Position numbers and translations under genes: made by a program
Assembly (NCBI GenBank): GCA_950097015.1
Contig: CATNEN010000041.1
Span: 930,001 to 994,000, forward strand
Source of the DNA: Macrostomum hystrix
Taxonomy: Eukaryota; Animalia; Platyhelminthes
DNA length: 64,000 nt
Reading direction: 5' to 3'
Notes under the pieces: model-generated
Told to the model about the DNA's origin: nothing
Database searches by the model: none
The model's input: the letters and a program-made list of their open reading frames with translations, nothing else
Part shown: in pieces, positions 35,001 to 47,171 of the stretch
Layout of the letters: the number at the start of each line of letters is the position of its first letter
How positions within the stretch are numbered: the first letter of the stretch is position 1

Positions 35001-35761
35001 ACTCATTCCAAGGATCAAGGTGTGCTCAACTCATTCCAAGGATCAAGGTGTGCTCAACCAATTCCAAGGATCAAGGTGTGCTCAACTCATTCCAAGGATC
35101 AAGGTGTGCTCAACCAATTCCAAGGATCAAGGTGTGCTCAACCCATTCTGAGAATCAAGGTGTGCTCAACTCATTCCAAGGATCAAGGTGTGCTCAACTC
35201 ATTCCAAGGATCAAGGTGTGCTCAACCAATGCCAAGGATCAAGGTGTGCTCAACCCATTCTGAGAATCAAGGTGTGCTCAACTCATTCCAAGGATCAAGG
35301 TGTGCTAAACCCATTCCAAGAATCAAGGCATGGTCAGCTGAGAACATTAAAAAAGCAAGCGAGGTGAAAAATTATAAAGAGGATGGCTCATTTAACATAA
35401 AATTACATCTCGGTTGCTAAGCGTTTCTAACGGAGCCGAGGCCAGTGACTCACCTGCAGTAGGACTGATTATCCTGGTTGCCAACAGGTCGCCAGTCAGC
35501 AGTCGGCAGCTGCTGGCCCAGCTTTCCATTCCTGTGGCTGTTATTGTTGCCGCTGCTGGCTCGGCTGTTGGGCGCGCGGCCGCCCTCAGTGTCGGGTTCG
35601 GGCAGCTTGACCCGACCATGCAGCAGGCCCTTAAACCGGACGCACAGGCAGAGGCCGGTCATGAGTGACAGGCAGCTCAGGGTGCAGGCCAGCAGCAGGA
35701 GGGAGACGGCGGACTGCAGACTCTGCGAGCTGGCGGCCCCGAGAGGCCCCGGGCTCTCCAT
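26064..35761 (-). CDS. Single-pass transmembrane adaptor-like protein, about 649 aa; exons 35761-35454, 33207-32950, 32503-31716, (29332-29162 optional), 27142-26753, 26636-26451, 26083-26064
   Basis: Exons chain with GT-AG sites and consistent phases (2, 2, 1, 1, 1). About 17-aa N-terminus, TM AVSLLLLACTLSCLSLMTGLCLCV, then a disordered tail with PPVPPK/PPLPDR and many Tyr motifs (IYES, LYSAI, VYASI, YYSNI, LYEDLYD, SYSDLYS). The last exon is the least certain. Confidence 0.72.
27210..27375. repeat. 54-bp repeat, 3 copies
   Basis: TCAACAGTACAGAGACC...GGCGGCATC starts at 27210, 27264 and 27318. Confidence 0.92.
27976..28315. repeat. (GACA)n/(GGCA)n compound microsatellite
   Basis: Read directly; intronic. 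Confidence 0.95.
28595..29077. repeat. (GT)n/(GTGTGA)n microsatellite
   Basis: Read directly; gives the spurious THTH ORFs. Confidence 0.96.
30424..30780. repeat. 21-bp minisatellite (ACACCCGGAACAGACAGACTG)
   Basis: About 17 tandem units; intronic. Confidence 0.93.
32706..32920. repeat. 16-bp minisatellite (GTGAGAGGGCGGATTT)
   Basis: About 13 units immediately downstream of the donor at 32949 (minus strand). Confidence 0.92.
33434..34346. repeat. 57-bp minisatellite, about 16 copies
   Basis: GGGATTTGAGACTGGGTGCTGATCGGTTTGCAGGATTTGGAATTGTTTGCGAAGTCT units; open in three frames, hence spurious 310-340 aa ORFs. Confidence 0.95.
34833..35330. repeat. 28-bp minisatellite (CATTCCAAGGATCAAGGTGTGCTCAACT)
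   Basis: About 18 tandem units in intron 1 of the adaptor gene. Confidence 0.94.
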
Positions 35762-38700
35762 GGCTGGGGCGACTGTAAGGAGTTTTCGATGGGGCTGCTG
35801 TGAAGCAAAGCCTGCAGGGCAGCCCTGAATACCGGGTTATGGTGCCTGAACGACGAGGGGTGGCCTGAATATCAGGGGAAAGGTGTCTAGAGGACTCAGT
35901 GAGCTGATTCCTCAGTGAGTATCAGTTTTAAGTTAGGGGTTCACAAACGTACTGAAAATTATCAAATAACTTTAGAAGATGGGCCTACTCAGCAATGAAA
36001 GGTAAATTAAAAATGATACTATACTGAAGTAGTAAGCAAAGTAATCAAGAGATAATGCTTGATAAATACATTCTGTCCAATTAAATAAACTGCCTTCTTC
36101 TTAACAAGTTTTAGAACTTACTCATTGTAAAATTTTAACAGTAAGCTGGCTTTATAATATAAAATAATAAAAGAAAAAACATCATCCCTGCATATAATAA
36201 CTTTTGGGGACACTATATTACATTGAGTTACGAGTATTAAGCTTTGACAATATCACTTCTTTAACTAATCAATTTAATATCATCAATATATGCTCGCAAT
36301 ATATTGATGTCTAAGTTAAAACAGTAAAAACTTATATTAAATTTTAAATACAATATTTTCTTTTATTTAACTTACATTGTGTACAAAGTTAATATAAGGA
36401 ACAAACAATATCTAATACTGAGCATTATATTGAAACAAGTTAATAGTTAGTATGTTATGAAGTTTTGTTAACTATGCAAAAACATAGAAATTTAATTTTA
36501 ATTACTACCTAGCCATTGATTGTACATAGCTACATGATAAAATTGAATATTTATATTATTTACATCTGGCAAAACAATCTGCTAGAGATTCATATTTCTA
36601 TAAGTCAAAGTTTTCAAATAAGCTGTTATAAAAAACAATATTTTTATGCTAAATAAAACATAAGTCTTTCAAGCCAAAAGACAAAGCCAAAGAAACTCAA
36701 TTAGGGAAAGCCAGAAGTAAAAAAAGCCTAAGAAACATATAAAAAGAACCAATATAGAGTAGGCCAGTGGCTGAGTGGCATACTGTCTAGAATCTTGACC
36801 TGGTCCTGGAAAATGGGACATATTTTCATCAACTTAGTTAATAAATTTATGAACCAATTTTTAGATATAAAACAAGAATATTTTTTTCGTAGGGCCTATC
36901 TTTCACTTTAAATTTGTACGAGTTTCTATAACTCTTTCGCTCGCAAAAGCAATCAGTTTATGGTGGGTTAATATTTACAGTGTAAGTGTAAGTAGCACCG
37001 CACTGACCCAATTGAGGCACTTAATCGATATTAATAGTACCACAGTAACAATGGTGCTCATAAAACATGATAGAACAATAACGTACACTGAGAAGTTTGT
37101 AAAATTGTCTCATTTCAAGTCATTGGACGCAGGACGAATGTGCTATGCTCTAAACTGCGTAGTAAATCACGAGACGAAGCTATAAAAACTCATCTAAAAG
37201 TGATTTTAATTTTCTGCCAAACAAAACTAGTTCATGCAGGATACTGGCTTTAACAAAAAAGAATATAGCTGTTAAGACGCCTTAGGAATTTTTTTATCCT
37301 TATAGATCTCAACACTATCAATTTTTTTTCATACTTTCCACTTCCTCATCTGAGCTTGTCGAGTTATTTTTTGCACACTATCCTAGCTCTCTCTTCTGAA
37401 CTTTCGGACCATCTCGCGACTCATTGTGCGGACTAGCTGATCAGCTTGCACATCATAATATCAATTAAATTAGAACAAAAAATCACTACTTTGGTTCTAA
37501 ATGTTCACGGAGCATCGAACTGCAATCTCTATATATTCTGTAATGCCACGGTTAAGATAATATTTTTATCACCGCATGCGCAAAATGACATGTCATAAAA
37601 ACTATCAAAGACATATTAAACCAGAATGTCTAGTTCAAGAACAACTACTGCACATGGTGGTCCTTGATCTAGTTCTAATAGAAGAACTTCAGAATCCGTA
37701 ACTTTTTCTTTTAAAAAGATGGCTTTTGCTGACGCTGGCTTTGAAACATAATATTGAATAATAACTTTATGTTATGAAATTAAAAAAAGCAGAATCAGAC
37801 ACTGCTGACCAACTGGCCCAACACCAGAGGATGGTTGTAAAAGTTCATCCACTGTATACGCATAGCAATAAAACGCACATCTTGGATAATTTTTTCGAAC
37901 TGTGCATAAAAATTTTTACTTTCCTTCAAAATAAAATCGAAAACCAAATGCCTTTATAGTGGCACCCTATTTATGTAATTTTAATTCCGATGCAATTCGG
38001 AAATTTTTTTTCCTATTATAACTAAAAAAGGACAGAATAATACTTAAATCAAGGATTCATTGCTTCGCCTTTCTTTATCTGTCGTGATCTTTTGCCTTAA
38101 AGGGAGCTTTAACTTTTATCTGTATTCTCTTATCTCTTGAGCAAAGCTTTTTCTCCAAAAGGCTAACGCGAGCATGCCACACACTGTAGCAACATTGGTC
38201 TTTCCCATAGGCAATAAACAAGTTATGGTATTGCTGTTTCACGCACAAATCGCTCAGCTGGAGCAGATGAAGCGTTGAGCACCCCGTGGCAACTACTACA
38301 GCCCGCATACAGATTGGACTTGCGAGCCAACTCAATGACCTACATGTACGCTGCGTGCCAAGCTGTTAGTATCGTATTTTATTAAGTCCTCGCATTCTCT
38401 TTGAGCACTCCGAATAGAAAATATCTCTTTATGGCTAGAGCAGCACTGCTCCAATCTTTGCCTGCTCTGTTTGAGACACACGCCGAAAATTGAGTTCGGA
38501 GCAGTGAGGCGCCTGCAGTGCAGCAAATGGCTGAGAGCCCAACGGGGTGGCCCTCACAAACGCCCTCTCTGTTTTTCTCTGTCTCTTGATCTCTCTGTAT
38601 TTTCCACTTCAAACTCATCTTGCGAGCTGCCAAATGGCCGCCGGAAAGCGACATCTTCTGCGCCTGCACTGTGCCAGAGACAAAAGTTTAGCGTGCCCAA

Positions 38701-39506
38701 GCAGCCGAGCACAAACAAGTCGAACAGGCCGCTGTAGAACGCGGTTAGGGCTAGCACCATGGAGTCTATAAGAACCGATATTTGCATTGCTAACTCAGAA
38801 AGCCATGCAACTTTATTCCGTGTTTGCTTATAATATTTTTAATGAGAAAACCACCATTCTTGTCTCACAAAGTCACTGGTTGAGTAAACCTTGCGATTTG
38901 CAGCTGCTTTGTGTACTTCAGTTTGAAAGCCCATAGAAATCAGTGCCAGTTTTTCTACTCTGCAATTAGAACACAGGACTTAGCTGCCTTGCTAGCCTCC
39001 ATTGGCAACGGCGTCATCGCAACCCCTTCCTCTCCTGACAACGGCATCTCAAATCCCACGCAGAGTCGTCAGCCTCACCTGGTCCTCATCATGGAGTACG
39101 CTTGATACTGAGCCCACACAACAGCCTCGCCCATCTCACACCAAGCGAGCTCACCTGCCCCGCCTTTGCTGGGGCACACGGAATGCCCGGCCACCTCTCT
39201 CCGCGGAGCATCTGCAGCTGGCGAAGCCACTGCGTGCGTGCTCTTTTCAACGCTCGCAGCCACCCCCGACACCGCAGCCTCAACCTCCTCCTCTGTGCAC
39301 TCCCTCCGCCCGCACCAGGCTGTTACCCCTGGCAACTGGCAAGGTGAAGGCGGGTAGAGACGAGCGCGTAGTTCTCAGCGTTGCATGCTATAAAGCAAGC
39401 TAAATAGAGGGCCCTACAGAGTGTGCAGCTCTAAGCGGTCTCTCGCGCATAGAGATAGCCCTAGCCTAGATTCAGATTAGACATTGAGGCAGAGCGCAGA
39501 CCCGGG

Positions 39507-39863
39507 ATGGACTACTACAACAACTGGCTGAGCGAGAAGCCGCAGACGTCCAACCAGATCTACGGCTACTATATGCGCGAGGAGATGCGGATGCGTCGAC
39601 AACGCCTGGAGTGCCAGGAGCGCGAGCGCGAGGAGGCCCGCATGCGCCGGGCCCGAACCGCGCCCAACCTGCTGCTGCCGTATCCCAGCCAGCACCGACC
39701 GCCCTTCACCTGCACCAGCAGCCGGCCCACAACCTACTTCGTAGCACCGCCGCTGCCGTCCATCTACGACCGCCGACAGGCGACAAGCGCCGGAGCGCCC
39801 CGGGGCAAAGTGCTGCAACTGTGGAACACGCTTAGCGGCGTCACCGTGCAAGTCCGCAGTTGA
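39507..39863 (+). CDS. Hypothetical 118-aa basic, Tyr/Arg-rich protein (MDYYNNWLSEKPQ...)
   Basis: ATG in good context (GGGATGG), strong GC3 bias, acceptor-like TTCAGATTAG about 27 nt upstream, short charged helix (EEMRMRRQRLECQEREREEARMRR). No family recognised. Confidence 0.6.
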   Translation: MDYYNNWLSEKPQTSNQIYGYYMREEMRMRRQRLECQEREREEARMRRARTAPNLLLPYPSQHRPPFTCTSSRPTTYFVAPPLPSIYDRRQATSAGAPRGKVLQLWNTLSGVTVQVRS

Positions 39864-40439
39864 AACGGCTGACGCACTGGTTCTGTCAGATATATTGCTA
39901 CAAGTGTTCTCTTTAAAATTTGTAAACGGCTTATTTATTAAGAAATTGACTTATTGTGATCCAGCGAGTCCAATGAACATTCTGCATTCCATTTTTAATC
40001 CACAAATCGTGTCCAGCACAGGGACTACTTGACTCAAAAAAGGCTTGGATAAAAGTTTTTTTTACTGATTTTAGCGCAATCAATAACAGTTTGGTCGAAC
40101 CTTGGTTCAAGTTTGGCTTGCTAGTGCACTATCGGAGCCCTCAGAGCCCTTATCACATGCTCAAGCAGTGTGTTCCTTGTAAATTGCTGCCCGCTTCTTG
40201 TTTCGGCACTCCTTGATTTGGGCATCTCTTGAATTTTTGTCTTACGTTTCGTGTTTTCGAATTCTCAACCGCGATTTCGTGTCGCATCTTGATTTTTCGT
40301 TTGCAGCCCCTTTTATGAATGATTCCGATAACTTACTTTTGCTTTATACTCGTGTTTTCCCACCGACTAGACTGCTCTTGACGCTTAAATAAAGGAACTT
40401 TCAATTCACTCGTCAGTGAGCATTGTCTTCTGCGAAGCC

Positions 40440-40862
40440 TCAGATTGCTTGTTTGACTCAGTGCTCAGGTTAGTTGGGTAAACAGTTATCGCTCAGATTG
40501 TTTGTTTGACTCAGTGCTCAGGTTAGTTGGGTAAACAGTTATCGATAGATTGTTTGTTTGACTCAGTGCTCAGGTTAGTTGGGTAAACAGTTATCGATAG
40601 ATTGTTTGTTTGACTCAGTGCTCAGGTTAGTTGGGTAAACAGTTATCGATAGATTGTTTGTTTGACTCAGTGCTCAGGTTAGTTGGGTAAACAGTTATCG
40701 CTCAGATTGTTTGTTTGACTCAGTGCTCAGGTTAGTTGGGTAAACAGTTATCGCTCAGATTGTTTGTTTGACTCAGTGCTCAGGTTAGTTGGGTAAACAG
40801 TTATCGATAGATTGTTTGTTTGACTCAGTGCTCAGGTTAGTTGGGTAAACAGTTATCGATAG
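40440..40862. repeat. 52/53-bp minisatellite, about 8 copies
   Basis: AGATTGTTTGTTTGACTCAGTGCTCAGGTTAGTTGGGTAAACAGTTATCGAT units. Confidence 0.94.
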
Positions 40863-42050
40863 CACATCGCTAAGTTTCAGGTGGTCTCAATAAACTCATC
40901 GCAAAATGCTAAGCACTTTGCTAAGCAGTTAAAATAGATTGTCTGATGCACGCAAAACACGCAATCAGTGCTTTCACTACAGCCTCAGATCCTCCAATGG
41001 GCATAAGTATATCACGGATTCGGACACTTTTATTCTGAGCGACCACCGAGACTGAAAACAAAGTTGTACAGATTTGAGAGAATTTTTTTTGCGTTTTTTG
41101 TTTTAAAATATAAATTAAACCACGTCAATCCGTACGAGTAGTATCGAAAGCGTTTAGACTCTAAATATTCTCAAGGGCAGATTAATTCAGTTTTTTACGC
41201 AAGCCATTCTTAGTTGTGCTTGCTTTTTGGCATTCTGTACTGATTTGGTGAAGCATGGGCGCCACAAACACTCGGGCTGTTTGGAATATGCATTCGTAGC
41301 CTTTGGAAGTGTCGAGACTGGGAAGCTCTGGTCTCTGGCACTTCCCTCGGAGCCACAGCGAAACCAAAACTGCAAACCGCACAGCGGCTCATTGGAGCGC
41401 GCTAACCAGTTGTCCAGGTGTTTGGTTGCAATTCCTCTACCCAAACAAGCGCGTTACCTGCTCCGCTACAAGTTGCAAGGTCACTGACTGCCAGTCCAAA
41501 ACTATGCGATACCTTAATGCTACCTTGAACAGGTGAGTTTTGTGTTGTGCCATTGCACACTGAAGCCTGGGCAATAATAAATGCAAATGCTTCTGCCTTG
41601 GCTGTTCATTGTGCTGCAGTTCATTATGAAGCAATTTAGTCTGTTAAAAAATATGCAGCACTTGCGGTTAAAGTCTGTGAAAGCTTTCACCTGGTGCAGG
41701 ATTTCAACTTTATTCACACCGTCCTGAATGAGCTTTGCATAATAAATTTCAAATTAATTCTTGCTATGAGAGCGCAGATTTCACTGAAAATACGGCTCGT
41801 AAAATTTATTTGGAGATTCAGAGTCTGTTAGTAGCGAGTAATTTAAAGCCAGCGCTACGTGCGAAAATCTAACCAATGCTTACTGCTAGCTGAAACTGCG
41901 CCTGCAGTGCAGGTGTAACTGATTCATAGAAATGAGTTGCGGATGCTCTCAATAATTTGCTGGTTGACAGCAGGATCAGAAGACATGCGCTACAGAGCAC
42001 ATGACTTCAGGACTGAAATAAGTCAGGGAAATGTTCAGGATGAGGCGTAG

Positions 42051-42387
42051 AATGATAATAATAATTGCATGAGGGCTGCGGGCAATGGCACATCATTTGG
42101 TGACACTAGACCCGCAGCCAGCGAAGAGGCACTTCTGTCCATTTCGCTGACTCCTGAGCACAGACGCACACAGATACTCTACGCAGGTATACGTTCTGAC
42201 TTTCTCATCGTCAGGCAGTGTACACTCTCACTGTGCCTTGGAGGTTGGCCTTCAGGGGCGTAAATTGCACGACAAGTCCCCAAGACTTCTCTCCGCGGCT
42301 GCGACCCAAATAAATGTGGCCTCGCCGCTCAGGGACCTTGGTGCGAGAGGCAAACGTTCGACCGCTTTCCCACTGATCCCGAGCCCC
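42051..42387 (-). mobile_element. SINE copy 3
   Basis: Reverse complement matches copy 1 from the tRNA-like head (GCGGTCGAACGTTTGCCTCTCGCACC) to the ATT tail, with small internal deletions. Confidence 0.85.
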
Positions 42388-42987
42388 AGATGGGCAAATC
42401 AATGTTGTTGTGGGTTCGGGCTATGGGTAGTATTTTGCAGCAGTCGGAACTGTGTTATCAGCGCAATATTTTTTGCTCAGTAGGTTTACAGAGACAGCTT
42501 ATCAGGAGGCCGACCTCGCCATGAGCCGAGCACCCGCCTCGTGCCTGCTGGAATTCAGCCGAATTGTGTCTCTGCCATGAGTGTGCAGTCTTTACTCTGC
42601 CAAGCCCAAAAATGTTTGTGAGGAGTCGAAAAATTAGGAAGAATTATTCGCTCTTGGCGCAAAATGCGCACCTGCCGTCCTACCTGCCGAGGCTCAATCA
42701 GTTGGGGCGGAGGTCGACTGCCCGCGAGGTCTGACTCACAAGCCATAGGCTGCGGCCTTATCAGCTCCACTGTTCGTTCACGACACTAGGGGAGAGGGCG
42801 CCACCCCTTACCTACAACTTGGCTGTCCTGCACCCTCCCTCTATTTATGCTCGTTTGGTGATTAAAGTGCCGAAAATGAACTCCTGCCCCGCCCACTGAC
42901 CGGGACTGCGAAGCTAAAACGCGAGCAGCAGAAACACCAACAAACCGTGCCGGGACACGCTCGAGTTCACAAGCTGCAGCCAGTATC

Positions 42988-45900
42988 ATGTTTCGGCTCT
43001 GGCTAGTGGCCACTCCGTTGCTGCTGGCAGTGCTACTCGGACGCGGCGGTTGCAACACAACCAGCGTTGAAGTTCTGCTACCCGATGGTCAGTGCCACGA
43101 TCGCTTTTGCTTCTGTTCCGTTAGAAAATTCCAAGCGATTTGCATGATGGCATGCGTCACGAGGACAAACTTGCGGACGTGACAGCCGGTATATACTCCT
43201 GGAAATAAGGTTTCAGTTATTCAGCAGATAAGCCATTGAAAAACTTTCAGATACGAACTTCAACAAGTATAACTTCGTCTACTTGTCAATCAACAGTGTT
43301 GAACTGATTGACAGCGTAAGTAGCAGCTTGGCGCCCGAGAAGTTCGATGTCGACAAGAGCTCCGCACCCAACCAGATCGTATTCAAGGCCGATGTTCCTG
43401 ACGGGACGTACTTAATTCAAGTGGCATCGGGATCCGACAACCACCAGCTGACTTTGACGGTCTCTCGCCTTCCGGTCAGCGTTGTTGACCAGGCTGTATT
43501 TATTTGGGGTGAGTGAGCTTTCGCTCATAAATGAGAAAAAATACGAGCTTAGTTAGCACTTGTATGACTTTTGTGCAAAAAATTACGTCCCTTAGAATGG
43601 CGATTTGCGTAATGGACCACACCTGACTGCCTTTACATATCCTTCACAGGACCGACTACCGATGTGAACTCTTTTCTCAATCGGTTGAGTAGCAGCACCC
43701 GCCTCTCCCTGTTGAGCGGGTTAAATGAAAACTTCACGGAGGCAGCAGTGCTAATTCCGACTCCAAATATTCGGGTCCGCACTTTCATGCCCCTGTGGGA
43801 AGCGTACGACCTGATCAAGAATGAGACTGAGGGCACCGCGATCGAGGTCATGCCAGACCGTTGCACCAACGTCTCCGGTCAGCTGTGCCGCAGCCGGCTG
43901 TCATTTCCAATAGGCTTTATGTCTGTGCGCAGGGCTGCCGTGCAGCTGGGCAGTGACAACAACTTTCTCGGCTTCGAACTGAGCTTGGTGGCCCAGACTG
44001 CCGAGCAAATGAGCGCCGAGCCCTGTCTGCCGACCACCTGCCTGAATGGCGGTTCCTGTGATCCCAGCTTTGTTGGTGTCGGATTCAGGTGAGTTTTTAC
44101 ACCCCGTCGCCCCGTTAGAGTTTTTTTCAAATGAATAATGTCATGAATGAAGGCTAAGGATTCATCTAATTATCAGCGATGTCTGTCGTACACACAGATT
44201 CACATTCAAGCAGCGCATAGGAACTTTGATTTAACGAAAGTGGCAACACTAAGAGCTTCTTCTTCTGGTTGTTTCGACATTACTGTATGACTATGCAAAG
44301 CAGTCGTTGCGATAAAGTAGATGGTGAGACATTGCAGATGTTTGGTTATTTCTGCAAATATTTTTCGTTTTACACAGGTGCATCTGTCCAACGAGACCAG
44401 ACATCCAGTGGGGTCCCAGGTGCGAGCACCCAATGAAAAGCTACAGTACTGCGAGCACTGGTGGCGATCTGGCCTACACTCGTCACTGGATTGGCGGGCT
44501 GCCCCATTCATCAGAGTCTTTGAGCATCTCATTTGAGATGCTCGGAACGACTCGATCAGATCGAAATGAAATCATAGTTTTGAAGAGCTCAACGAATCTT
44601 ACTGTCCAATTGCTCCGTTTTGCACTAATACCAAGTAGGAATGTACTGAAAGTATCCGGCAGCCTCATTAGCGCAAATGATTTAGACATTGCTGCTGATC
44701 AAATTAACTTAGGGAGCTGGTTTTCTGTTTTCTTTACGCTAACTTCGACAAAGGTAAGACGACGAAAGGCGATTGTTTTGACAAAAAAATCCGTCCGAGC
44801 GTGTTTTTACATGTGAGTGTCTCGCCCGATTGCTTTTAGAGTTCCGTAGTTGTTTGTCCTAAGAGTCTTCCTATCGTTGGTGGATCATCGGACCCGCTTA
44901 AATGCTTTGATAAGGAAGGCGGTGCTGGCGGCCGCATCACAGACTTTTCGAATTATTGGCTGGAAGTCGGTAAGGGTTTCCTGGGATGCATCCAGACCGT
45001 CTCCGTGAACGGATATCGCGTTGACATGGCGGCTTCGAGAACAGTTGCTATGTACCCAGCAGATGTAAACAACCATTGCTCACAACAATCATGTACCGTT
45101 CGGCAGCCAAATGCTCAGCCCGTGTGCGGAATCCACTCAGCTTGTTATGGAGTATACAAGTCTGGGAATGCTCCAGTAGAGTGTTACTGCAGGTGCCTCG
45201 GTCCAAAAAGAAAGTCGATCGAGAAGGTCACACTAAGTGGACAATGTGACGCAGCAAACGTGGAATCAAACCTGTGCATACAAAGTGAGATTTCATTACT
45301 TGAATTATTCGTTTACTGTTCTCTGGTCTTCTCTGACTAAAATTAAACATAAATTTCAGCCCCACTGGTAATCAGTACAACATCCGACGGTGTGAGCACA
45401 TGGCATGTGAATTCGACTGACCACCTGACTGTGCCAGATGTGAACTCAGCGACCATTGAGATGGAGCTTCGGACTCGTGTTGCCAATGCAAGCGGTGTTC
45501 TGAATGCTAGATTAACAGACAATTCCAGAGCCACAAAATTTACTGAAAGCCTTGATGTAAGTTTTATATTGCTCAGGTTCGCATGAGAAACTTTGAAGAA
45601 GAATACTTTCTCAAATGAAATCGATTGAATTTCAGGTATCGCGTGGTTTTCTGCAGCTGTGCATCAGCGGCATAATAACGCAGTGCTTCCCGTTTCCACC
45701 CATCCGAGTTGACGACGGCGAGTGGCACTCGGTGTCTGCCGCAACTCACCTGCAATTGCTGGTTCTGACGATTAACAGCGTGACCCTACTGCATGACCTG
45801 GGATTCAGTGTGGCTGGCATTACGAAGCTGGAATTAAATGCAACGATTGCTAATAGTAGGCAATCGCATAAGCACCTTCATTTCGAAATAATTCAATAAA

Positions 45901-47171
45901 GACACAAAGACGAAAACTAATTTAATGGCACCCTGGCTTTTTCAGGCCTGTTGCGGAACATACGTGTCTCTGGAACGTACATGTCGACCACCACCAACGG
46001 CACGGATCAATCAAGAGACTCGCCAAACGGGCTGGTGATTGTTCCACGCCTGGCAAGCGGTGCAACGGTTGGCACTGAAGGTGAAGATCCAGCGCCACCT
46101 TGTAACTGTACTTCGAACGAAAACTGCACGAAACAATGGGGCAAGACAACCTGTGAGTGTCTGTCCGGACAAGAGAGGGATGCTAGCAACAGCTGTGTTG
46201 CGGTGAACCCGTGTGTAAAATTTAAAATTTCCTGTCCAAGTGGCGGCTCGTGTCGACCGATTGCTGGCGACCCGGGATTCGAGTGCCTCTGTGCTCCGGG
46301 TGTCTCCAGCCGCATGTGCCGAGTCGGCGGTGATAGCACGTCAGCACCGGCCACGGCGGCTGTTCAGTGGTGGATCTGGCTGATCAGTGCCATTGCGGTC
46401 CTACTTTTACTGCTTGTCTTGGTTTTTATCATTTTCTTTCTTCGACGTCCATTCAACAAATCTAAGGCTGCGGCTTCTAGCGGAGGGGTCGATCATGAGA
46501 TTGAGAAGATACATGAAGGCATGGGCGAGAGCAGCGACTACGACGGGGTGCGTAAGTACTCACTTCAACTTCGTTTTCTCCTTTCCTATAAAAGTAATTG
46601 AAAACCCATCCAAAAACGCTTCTAATGCTGGCACCGCAGCACCAGAGGACTACAAAGGACCCCTCAGTCTGCACTTCACACCTCAGAAAGACAGCAACGG
46701 TGGGCTGCCAAACTTTCAACCGGTTCACACGGCGACGCCTGGTGAGTGATTGTGTGGCGTGATTGGGTGTGCTGCTGTGAGCTGGTGTGAACAGGTGTTA
46801 ACTGTTTATTTTGTAGAAGAAATTGGGCACGTCGGCAGTGTCGCACTGCCAGTCGCATTCTTGACCAGGGACTTAATCCCCATCGCAAATGTAAGTACCT
46901 CCAAACACTGACAGTACCGGCGCCCGAGTCTCAGCGCCCCATCGGGACACTCAACCCGCCTGTCAAGACAGACGGCGTGCCGGACCCGTCAGTTCTGCCA
47001 ATGGGCGACGAAACGCTGAACTACGGCTACGAGGACACGCGCGACGACGACGCTTCTGACCTGGACCGAGTCAGCCTGGTGTCAGCGGACACTGACTTGT
47101 CCATGGACCTTAAGTCGACACTGGACGCCTGGGGGCCGAAGTTCAACTCCCTGTCCGATATCTTGACCTGA
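42988..47171 (+). CDS. Classical (type III/non-chordate-like) cadherin-related protein, about 999 aa: signal peptide, one degenerate cadherin-like repeat plus NC region, EGF-LamG-EGF-LamG-EGF, TM, catenin-binding tail. Exons 42988-43087, 43251-43508, 43650-44088, 44378-44753, 44840-45284, 45360-45556, 45636-45855, 45946-46551, 46640-46741, 46915-47171
   Basis: Ten exons chain in phase to exactly 3000 nt. EGF (PCLPTTCLNGGSC...RCICP...WGPRCE; PCVKFKISCPSGGSCRP...FECLCAPG), LamG (GFLGCIQTVSVNG; VDDGEWHSV), TM WWIWLISAIAVLLLLLVLVFIIFFL, EGMGE juxtamembrane motif, and C-terminal LNYGYED...LDAWGPKFNSLSDI typical of the cadherin cytoplasmic domain. Confidence 0.88.

Noticed and set aside
36765-36815. 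tRNA or SINE head (TGGCTGAGTGG A-box)
   Set aside because: No B box and no cloverleaf; insufficient support.
41290-41525. Upstream cadherin exon that would supply EC repeats
   Set aside because: It ends in a phase-2 donor (cadherin exon 2 needs phase 1) and has no cadherin motifs; left unassigned.
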